Shown here: positions 25,826 to 32,054 of the stretch, one piece after another
Layout: every line of letters begins with the position of its first letter
Position numbering within the stretch: the first letter of the stretch is position 1
Virus record (IMG/VR): IMGVR_UViG_3300044676_000154
Location: 1 to 32,427 of that record
Strand: one strand, 5' to 3'
Length of the DNA stretch: 32,427 nt
From: a virus
Lineage: Duplodnaviria > Caudoviricetes
Position numbers and translations under genes: made by a program
Notes under the pieces: generated by a model
Database searches by the model: none
Told to the model about the DNA's origin: nothing
What the model saw: only the letters and a program-made list of their open reading frames with translations

Positions 25826-27472
25826 TTAGGCAAAGAAGTAATCAGACTTAAGTACTAGTGCTAAGTCTAGCTTACCCATAGCTGGTGGGTAAGGTACGTC
25901 ATTGGTTCCTAAAGTTCTTACTGCATGATCCCTCAGTTCATTGAGGACATCATGTGTTTCATACATATTAACAAACTCACTACGCAGTATGTCAGACATG
26001 ACAGGCATTGATGTACTGTGTGTACCATAGCTGTCATGTACCATTGCAAAGTCACGCAATCCATACTGCCTACACTTGTTAATAGTCTTAGTCATTGCGG
26101 CTGCATCCAGAGAGTGAATGAAGTTAGGGCTACTGCCCAAACCTGTGCGCCTCTTGTTTACTGTATCCTTTATATCTTCAACAATATTGAGGCGTACCAT
26201 CTCACCATTGATGTGCGTCTTGATACGTTTAGTCTCAGTGTTACTGTAGTGCTGGACAACCACCCAACCTGTAGGAGTTATCCATTCCATGTGCTTGGTG
26301 TGGTCTGAGTATACCTCGCTGATCTGTTTGATGTATGACATTACCTTACTAGCTGACTGGATCACATCACTGATGGCATCCCAAACAAAAGCAGCTAGGT
26401 AATTACTAGCAGGGAATAGGTCAACACCGAAGACGTTCTCCTTACCTGCCTCTATCTGTTCAGTCATAGCCTCTTGTATGTATGAGCGACAGGCGTGGCG
26501 TGTACCACTGTAGGGTACGATCATAACAGGACGCTTGGTCAGTGACCTGTCAATCCCAAAGGCTAACCACTGCCTAGCTAGTTCACTGTTGTCCTGCTTG
26601 ACACGTGCCAGTGCTTCTTCAGCTACCTCAGTGTAGATATCCTGAGGCACAGCGGCTGGTATAAGATTGGTAGCCCTACCCCCACGCTCATCCCTAAGGA
26701 TGGCTGAGAGGTGCTGTAATCCATTGCAACTGCCATCTGCTGACACAGGGAAGCGTGACTCGTAGCCCCACCCCTGCTTGACTAGTGATGAGAACTCCAT
26801 ACACCAAGCCAGGAATTGATAAGGCTTGTCAGCCTCAAGCCATAGCTGGTTGTCGTATGGGTTGTCAACAATCCTGTGTACCTCATCAGCAAAGTCCCAT
26901 GCCCATGTCTCACGCTGGTCTAGTGTTACCTTGTCATTGCCATACAGATTAGCACCATGAATGCACAACCAACGTGCATCATCCCAACTGTTGATAGGCA
27001 TGGGGCGGCTGAACTCTAGCAATGACTTGCTCCAATCAGCAGACTGAGGTGAGAGGAACGTGCTGCTTGCATACTTGCGGGAACGAAAGTCGTTCTGCCA
27101 CACGTAGAAGAACTCATCGTAGTCTGAGTAGGACTCAGCTACCTGTAGTGTACGCTCTACTTGTATGCGCTTGCTCACGCTTCGGTTGTTAATGGAGTAG
27201 ATACTATTCCTAGTGCGTGACCACTCGCGGAACTCATCCCTCTCACTCTCAGTCATCTCCTTGGGTTCCTTGGTGAATGGGTAGTCAGGCAAGGGAAGAT
27301 CATCCCTCGCTGGTAGCTTACCCCACTGCTGCCCATTGTCCCATACCTGCCTTATTACTTGAAGGAGAGGGCGATTGATACGCCATGCTGTATGCTGTAG
27401 TGCATTCAAGCAGGTGTACTCTTGGTTTAAGTCTGCTTCTCCTAAGCGTCTTAGGTGTTTCTTTAAACTCAT
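25826..27472 (-). CDS. T7-like RNA polymerase, C-terminal catalytic part (thumb/palm/fingers)
   Basis: LQHTAWRIN, DFRSRKY, motif A DGSCNGLQH, motif B RSLTKRPVMIVPY, PNFIHSLDA, motif C HDSYGTH, C-terminal SDYFFA. Confidence 0.96.
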   Translation of the reverse strand: MSLKKHLRRLGEADLNQEYTCLNALQHTAWRINRPLLQVIRQVWDNGQQWGKLPARDDLPLPDYPFTKEPKEMTESERDEFREWSRTRNSIYSINNRSVSKRIQVERTLQVAESYSDYDEFFYVWQNDFRSRKYASSTFLSPQSADWSKSLLEFSRPMPINSWDDARWLCIHGANLYGNDKVTLDQRETWAWDFADEVHRIVDNPYDNQLWLEADKPYQFLAWCMEFSSLVKQGWGYESRFPVSADGSCNGLQHLSAILRDERGGRATNLIPAAVPQDIYTEVAEEALARVKQDNSELARQWLAFGIDRSLTKRPVMIVPYSGTRHACRSYIQEAMTEQIEAGKENVFGVDLFPASNYLAAFVWDAISDVIQSASKVMSYIKQISEVYSDHTKHMEWITPTGWVVVQHYSNTETKRIKTHINGEMVRLNIVEDIKDTVNKRRTGLGSSPNFIHSLDAAAMTKTINKCRQYGLRDFAMVHDSYGTHSTSMPVMSDILRSEFVNMYETHDVLNELRDHAVRTLGTNDVPYPPAMGKLDLALVLKSDYFFA

Positions 27473-28242
27473 CTGCGCCTCACTATAGGTAGTTCATCTA
27501 TTGCTGCACCATGATACCCACCACCTGTTACATCAGTCCAATCCTTAGGGACTATGATGCAGGGTGCATACCTTGGCTTGGCTGTCTCAGCATAATCATT
27601 GAATGCCTTGATCCAATCCTCAGTTCCTTTCGTTGCCTTGACTACAGTAACAGTCTTGTTCCTTGCTGTTACCTGCTTGGTTAGCTCAACGATGCCAGTG
27701 TGTACGATTATCAGGTCAATCATACGCAAGCCCACGTGTATCCTGTCAGGCTTAGTCCACTCAGTATCCTTGAACCCATCCTTGTTCATCTTGTGGGTCA
27801 GGCCATAGCGTCTAGCACCATAGGCTTTCTTCATGGCTAGTTTGATTGTATTCTTTGCTATACTTCCTTCACTCTGAACCCACCTATCAAGCCTGTCCTG
27901 GATTTCTAGGTTACCACCTATAGACTGAGCAGCATGGAGCAGCACAGACTTCTTACTGATGGCATCAACTAGAGACACCACTGCTAGGTAGGCTACCTGT
28001 TCAGCATCCATGTCCTTGATACGTGCGTAGGTTATGTCGCGGTTAGACTTTGGGTTTTGTTGTAGGTCAAGGATACCCTTGGCTACATCCTCTACGATAC
28101 GAGACACAATAACCCTGCCATGCAGTGTGTTGGACTCCATGCCTGATGCTACAGCCTTGTCTCTCGCCTTGCGAAATCTATCTATACCACCTGTCATCAT
28201 GTCAGCTTCCAACTCAAGCTGAGTTTCTAAAGTACCCCTCAT
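27469..28242 (-). CDS. T7-like RNA polymerase, N-terminal domain part
   Basis: QLELEADM..GGIDRF, WTKPDRIHVGLRMIDLII..TG and PCIIVPKDWTDVTGGGY correspond to the T7 RNAP N-terminal domain up to about residue 300. Confidence 0.93.
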   Translation of the reverse strand: MRGTLETQLELEADMMTGGIDRFRKARDKAVASGMESNTLHGRVIVSRIVEDVAKGILDLQQNPKSNRDITYARIKDMDAEQVAYLAVVSLVDAISKKSVLLHAAQSIGGNLEIQDRLDRWVQSEGSIAKNTIKLAMKKAYGARRYGLTHKMNKDGFKDTEWTKPDRIHVGLRMIDLIIVHTGIVELTKQVTARNKTVTVVKATKGTEDWIKAFNDYAETAKPRYAPCIIVPKDWTDVTGGGYHGAAIDELPIVRRR

Positions 28243-28244
28243 AG
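28227..28244 (+). promoter_or_regulatory. Third copy of the putative phage promoter, in antisense orientation over the RNAP start codon
   Basis: CTAAAGTACCCCTCATAG on the + strand; same 13-nt core. Confidence 0.55.
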
Positions 28245-28258
28245 TAAGCCCCCTAAGG

Positions 28259-28414
28259 TTACACTATATACTGTATACCTGCTATAGCACCTACAATCAT
28301 AGCAATAAACATCAATGCTACTTGTGCTGGTACTGCACCCTCATAGTCATAGCACATACCATACATAGATACCAGAGCTAAACTTATAAAGACTAAGATT
28401 AATACTGTTGTCAC
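28259..28414 (-). CDS. Small two-TM membrane protein (51 aa)
   Basis: Not in the track. GTG start overlaps the upstream TAG, GGAG SD; MTTVLILVFISLALVSMYGMCYDYEGAVPAQVALMFIAMIVGAIAGIQYIV. Confidence 0.7.
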   Translation of the reverse strand: MTTVLILVFISLALVSMYGMCYDYEGAVPAQVALMFIAMIVGAIAGIQYIV

Positions 28415-28599
28415 TATTCTTCTCCATAGTTAGCCATCATCCACTGCTGCTGTGCTGTGATTACTTCATACTCATCAGCATCCTCAGTCCACTCAGCTAG
28501 ACAGGACAAGCAGAACCATTCTATCTTATTGTCTATAGCATAGAGTGCTTCTGCTTCTGCATTGTTGCAGTAGGGACACTTCTTAAATCCCATACTCAT
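28414..28599 (-). CDS. Zn-ribbon protein
   Basis: CPYC...CLSC; ATGA overlap with the upstream gene. Confidence 0.75.
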   Translation of the reverse strand: MSMGFKKCPYCNNAEAEALYAIDNKIEWFCLSCLAEWTEDADEYEVITAQQQWMMANYGEE

Positions 28600-28817
28600 A
28601 CCTGCTTCCTCTCCTCTTTGACACGCATCAGTTTACCTGCGGTGTACCCATGTTTGTACTTGATATAGTACTGGTGCTGCTCGTCCTTGTCGTACTCATT
28701 CATGTTACCCTGCTTGTGGTATCCATTGTAGTACCCCATTACATAGGCATCATCGTATGTGTTACGCTTGTTAGCCCAGCTTTTCCAGGCGTTCATCTGT
28801 GCATCACGCATCGTCAC
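28596..28817 (-). CDS. Hypothetical protein with YxxGY repeats
   Basis: AYVMGYYNGY and YKHGYTAG; GGAG SD; tightly packed with neighbours. Confidence 0.75.
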   Translation of the reverse strand: MTMRDAQMNAWKSWANKRNTYDDAYVMGYYNGYHKQGNMNEYDKDEQHQYYIKYKHGYTAGKLMRVKEERKQV

Positions 28818-29043
28818 TACTCCATACTAAGCTATCCACCTTGTGTCTAGCCATGTCTAGCTTACCTACCTGTGACATCCATACATCCTGACATTCATAG
28901 ATAGTCTGTAGCATATCACTAGTCTCTGTTAGTAGTTCGTTTAGTGCTGCCTTCTGGTCTGCATTGAGTACCTTTAGCAAGTCCTTCTTTGCTTTCTGTC
29001 GTGCTGCTTCCTTCTTGCGATACTCTTTCATGTAGTCGGTCAT
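28804..29043 (-). CDS. Hypothetical protein
   Basis: 79 aa, AAGGAG SD, helical composition. Confidence 0.75.
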   Translation of the reverse strand: MTDYMKEYRKKEAARQKAKKDLLKVLNADQKAALNELLTETSDMLQTIYECQDVWMSQVGKLDMARHKVDSLVWSSDDA

Positions 29044-29097
29044 TACTCTGTCTCCTTCGTGACTGCATTACTGCTCTGTGTACTGGTGTTATCTTCA

Positions 29098-29391
29098 TCA
29101 ATCATTATCCACCACCAGACTTAGCATGTTATCGTTGCTGCTGTCAAGTTCTATCTCATAGTGGTTCATAAAGATAGACAACTCGCCATGTTCCATGGCC
29201 TCATAGACAATATCAAACAGGTCTTGAATGTCATAGACCTGTAGTCTGTTACCCTCTAGTGCATAGCCCCGCTTGTTTGGTATGTAAACCATCAAGCATA
29301 CTTCAAGATAGTCTTCGTCTGACTGCGACACTGACAGCATGTAGTCGTTGCCCTTGTCAGGTGGCAGGTGTATGTGTGTGCATCTAGTCAT
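29098..29391 (-). CDS. Acidic hypothetical protein (97 aa)
   Basis: Start moved to MTRCTHIHL (GGAGG SD, overlap with the upstream stop). Confidence 0.7.
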   Translation of the reverse strand: MTRCTHIHLPPDKGNDYMLSVSQSDEDYLEVCLMVYIPNKRGYALEGNRLQVYDIQDLFDIVYEAMEHGELSIFMNHYEIELDSSNDNMLSLVVDND

Positions 29392-29563
29392 CTTCAACCT
29401 CCACTTCCATTGCCCATAATACTTCTGCCTCATAGCCATCAAGCATGTTCTGCACCTCGTGCATTGCTAGTTCTTCTGCTTCATTAAAGCCATCGGCATC
29501 CACGATGACAGTGCGCTGCGTCAGCACACGAACCGCCACCTCATACTTACCTCTGTCACTCAT
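29384..29563 (-). CDS. Acidic hypothetical protein (59 aa)
   Basis: Start moved to MSDRGKYEV (AGGGG SD); V.V.A....EAEELA pattern common in small phage proteins. Confidence 0.75.
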   Translation of the reverse strand: MSDRGKYEVAVRVLTQRTVIVDADGFNEAEELAMHEVQNMLDGYEAEVLWAMEVEVEDD

Positions 29564-29759
29564 AGTCCTGCCCCTTGTCACGTTCTTGTAGCTGGTCAAC
29601 ATCTATATCCTCGCAGATATATGAGTAGTCAAAGTTGTCTGCGTTGAATAGCTTTACTGTGTTATCATCATTGCGAATGTAGTCATCTGCTTCGTTATCC
29701 CATACAGCTACCGGCATATCCCATACCAGTACGCTATAGCTTTTCTCTATGTCAAACAT
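29556..29759 (-). CDS. Asp-rich hypothetical protein
   Basis: 67 aa, GAGGGG SD, overlaps the downstream gene. Confidence 0.75.
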   Translation of the reverse strand: MFDIEKSYSVLVWDMPVAVWDNEADDYIRNDDNTVKLFNADNFDYSYICEDIDVDQLQERDKGQDYE

Positions 29760-29771
29760 TGTCTTGCCCCT

Positions 29772-29981
29772 CTAAAACAGTGGTTCATATGTAGCACCAT
29801 CATCATACCTAGATCGTAGGCTAGATAGCTGGTGCCTCATGCTTACTACATCCTGTGATGCCATGCCTTCCCACTCAGCATCCTCTATCTGGACTGCTAG
29901 TGCCTTCATCTTTGTTAGAATACTGGAAAGCCTAGCGTCTTGTGTGATATCTGGGTAGGCTGTGTCAATGTACATACTCAT
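29772..29981 (-). CDS. Hypothetical protein
   Basis: 69 aa, AGGGG SD, ends G..YEPLF. Confidence 0.75.
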   Translation of the reverse strand: MSMYIDTAYPDITQDARLSSILTKMKALAVQIEDAEWEGMASQDVVSMRHQLSSLRSRYDDGATYEPLF

Positions 29982-29991
29982 AACTTATCCC

Positions 29992-30675
29992 CTATTGATT
30001 AGCTTCCATTACTGCTTGTGCAAACCCTCTTGGTGTAGCACTCCTGATATTCTTGGTCTTCATACTCTTACCGCCTAGCTTGCGGTGCTGTGTGCTACTA
30101 CCATAGCTATGACACATCACCTCTCGCTTGTCAGGCATTATAAATCCATTGCCTGTCCAAAGGCAAGTCTTTTTTGAGTACGCATCTCGCGGTGCTATAT
30201 ACTCAGGCCACCTTGGATGGATATCATCAGGTGCTAGGTATCCACCATACTCATAAGGATGAAAGTAATAGTCAGGCTTACGCCATATAGATGCAAGTCT
30301 AGACACAGGATTTTCTATATAGAATGGACACCCTAACTCCATGCCTACATACCCACATAACATAGCATGATGCGCTGCTTCCTGCTGAAATCCTGGATTT
30401 TCCCTCTCTTTATTAGCAAAGTGTGCCGCACCTGATACAGCAAGATCAGTACATACTGGAAAAGCTGACATGAATACAGCCTTGTGCTTGTGCTTGTTGA
30501 TGATAGTCTCCAACACCATAGCACTATGCAGGTCAGCCTTCCAATAGGTGATACCATCTATTGTTTTTTCACCTTCATGCTGTATGTCATACGCATGGCA
30601 CTCATACCCCGCATCTGCCCAAGGTCTAAGTGCCTCACCTGTATAATCATACAGGCTAATCACTTGGTTTCTCAT
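29992..30675 (-). CDS. C5-cytosine DNA methyltransferase-like protein
   Basis: VISLYDYTG (atypical motif I), YDIQ, FPVCTDLAVSG (catalytic PxC), IENPV (motif VI), KKTCLW and RSATPRGFA. Confidence 0.75.
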   Translation of the reverse strand: MRNQVISLYDYTGEALRPWADAGYECHAYDIQHEGEKTIDGITYWKADLHSAMVLETIINKHKHKAVFMSAFPVCTDLAVSGAAHFANKERENPGFQQEAAHHAMLCGYVGMELGCPFYIENPVSRLASIWRKPDYYFHPYEYGGYLAPDDIHPRWPEYIAPRDAYSKKTCLWTGNGFIMPDKREVMCHSYGSSTQHRKLGGKSMKTKNIRSATPRGFAQAVMEANQ

Positions 30676-30678
30676 GTC

Positions 30679-30783
30679 TTACCCCTCAAAGTAATCGTTC
30701 AAGATTGCTGCAATCATGTCAGCTATGAACAAGGCAAAGCCTGTTACACCTAGCACGAATATAAATAATATAAGAATGTCCAT
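30679..30783 (-). CDS. Small single-TM peptide (34 aa)
   Basis: Not in the track. MDILILFIFVLGVTGFALFIADMIAAILNDYFEG, with AGGGG SD. Confidence 0.6.
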   Translation of the reverse strand: MDILILFIFVLGVTGFALFIADMIAAILNDYFEG

Positions 30784-31052
30784 TTGTCTAGCCCCTTTTA
30801 ATATTGGCAGAGGCGGTAGGAATTGAACCCACTCTCTCAGGGTTGGAACCTGATGTGCTACCGTAACACTTCGCCCCTAATAAATCAATAAATATATGTA
30901 GGCAGTTTATCCACATGCCTAGGTGGTAGTCCTTCCTTTCTATCATAGCGTAAATGCTATGGACTAGGTACTTGGTCAAGTCTTACTACATACCACATGA
31001 AAGCCCCTAGTCATGGCTCATGTTTGAAACTTTAGCTATTTGTCTAGCCCCT
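30782..31052. repeat. 15-nt direct repeat ATTTGTCTAGCCCCT flanking the tRNA segment
   Basis: Exact copies at 30782-30796 and 31038-31052. Confidence 0.85.
30805..30878 (-). tRNA. trnW: tRNA-Trp (CCA), with encoded CCA end
   Basis: Cloverleaf: acceptor AGGGGCG/CGCCTCT, D arm GTGT-TACGGTA-GCAC, anticodon arm TCAGG-TTCCAAC-CCTGA, T arm GTGGG-TTCAATT-CCTAC, G73, CCA; 74 nt. Confidence 0.93.
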
Positions 31053-31755
31053 ATCCTACTACAAATCCACTAGTATCTTGCTTGGCTTTGCCTTTGGCAT
31101 ACAAGGCAACAACCACACCTTTAGGATCAAGAAAACGCAAGTCATCCTTGTCACCATCTACCACAGGAAAACCCATGTATGTCTTTGGTATATTGTCCTT
31201 GTGCCTAAACACTACAGCCATATTGCTAGTCTTGCGATCACGCATAGTCTCTAGCACCATGTCACTATAACGCTGGCTTGCCTCGCTATACGATAGCGTT
31301 ATGTGATAGTTCTTTGGCAGTACCTTACTCACCCGCTTGATGTCCTTGGTATAGTCATAGAATTGTATCTCTGGATACTCCCCAGCCATGTCTATATGAC
31401 GTTCCCAATGGATATCACTAGTGCCATTGAGCCTAACCACAGGCTTGATGCCCTTCTTAAGACAGTATTTGCGGAACGCTATCAAGTCGTCATGTAATTG
31501 TGCAATAAACTCGCCACGATTATCCCGCCACAAGATAGTCTTGCGCTGTCTAGCAAGCTGAACACTATTCATAGCACCCCTACCAGCAGTATATAGACAC
31601 CCCGCCTTGCAGCCAGCAAGCACAGCCATAGCGCATATGTTAATGCCCTCTACTGTATCTGCTGGTGCTAAATATAATATGGCAGTCATGTACTCGCTAC
31701 CATCACCTTTAACTGTCTTGGCATTATTACCAACACCTAATAGTTTTAGTTTCAT
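31051..31755 (-). CDS. GP88-like, putative Fe-S/radical-SAM-like protein
   Basis: C-x7-C-x3-C (CAMAVLAGCKAGC), RLNGTSDI, FYDYTK, DGDKDDLRFLD; start moved to MKLKLLG (GAGGAG SD); 234 aa. Confidence 0.7.
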   Translation of the reverse strand: MKLKLLGVGNNAKTVKGDGSEYMTAILYLAPADTVEGINICAMAVLAGCKAGCLYTAGRGAMNSVQLARQRKTILWRDNRGEFIAQLHDDLIAFRKYCLKKGIKPVVRLNGTSDIHWERHIDMAGEYPEIQFYDYTKDIKRVSKVLPKNYHITLSYSEASQRYSDMVLETMRDRKTSNMAVVFRHKDNIPKTYMGFPVVDGDKDDLRFLDPKGVVVALYAKGKAKQDTSGFVVG

Positions 31756-31768
31756 GGCTACTACTCCT

Positions 31769-32054
31769 CTAGCTATTACAAGGTACAACGATTGAAGGGA
31801 GAACAATCGTTGCCCTTTATACGTCATGCTGGACGTTTTGTAAAGCGTCCTGTAATCGCACAACGACTAACAGATAGGTATCCTTGGTGGTTGCTAAAAG
31901 TCCCCTTGCGTCCATAGCGATTAGTCACGCGCCGGAATTGCAAGTTATGCTTACCAATAGGATTAACAGTTACATTCTTGATTGTCTTAAACTTAATCAT
32001 AGCATCTACTCCTAGTGCTGTTATAGGTACACCATTGCACCTTGTAATAGCTAG
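31769..32054. repeat. 20-nt inverted repeat flanking a small early gene
   Basis: ctagctattacaaggtacaa (31769-31788) versus ttgcaccttgtaatagctag (32035-32054): 19/20 complementary. Confidence 0.88.
31824..32000 (-). CDS. Small basic early protein (58 aa)
   Basis: Start moved to MIKFKTIKNV (AGGAG SD); ends RCAITGRF. Confidence 0.7.
   Translation of the reverse strand: MIKFKTIKNVTVNPIGKHNLQFRRVTNRYGRKGTFSNHQGYLSVSRCAITGRFTKRPA

Noticed and set aside
27441-27467. T TTA AAG slippery-like heptamer plus CCTAAG-ACG-CTTAGG hairpin near the RNAP junction
   Set aside because: It lies after the ORF1 stop and in the ORF2 frame, so a -1 shift there would not fuse the halves and leads to an early stop. 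The hairpin may only affect reinitiation.
27479-27489. CTCACTATAGG on the + strand at the RNAP split, matching the 3' half of the T7 promoter
   Set aside because: The upstream specificity region does not match T7 or this phage's own motif, and the bases are constrained by the PIVR codons and the SD; probably chance.
25826-28242. RNAP as a pseudogene
   Set aside because: Only one break, with a clean ATGA overlap and SD, intact catalytic residues and candidate promoters retained. A sequencing error still cannot be excluded.
28919-29101. 60-aa minus ORF MMKITPVHRAVMQSRRRQS...
   Set aside because: Two-thirds overlaps the better-supported 28804-29043 gene out of frame. The first 18 codons could be a gene remnant, but I cannot support that.
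13357-30557. Nested same-strand alternative-frame ORFs (13357, 18131, 18827, 20090, 21794, 23324, 30345)
   Set aside because: Fully inside conserved genes, with no motifs or evidence of independent translation.
30805-30878. tRNA as an attP/att junction
   Set aside because: It is a complete tRNA with phage genes on both sides, no partial duplicate and no integrase.
30788-30979. 63-aa minus ORF
   Set aside because: TTG start without a clear SD, and it runs through the tRNA.
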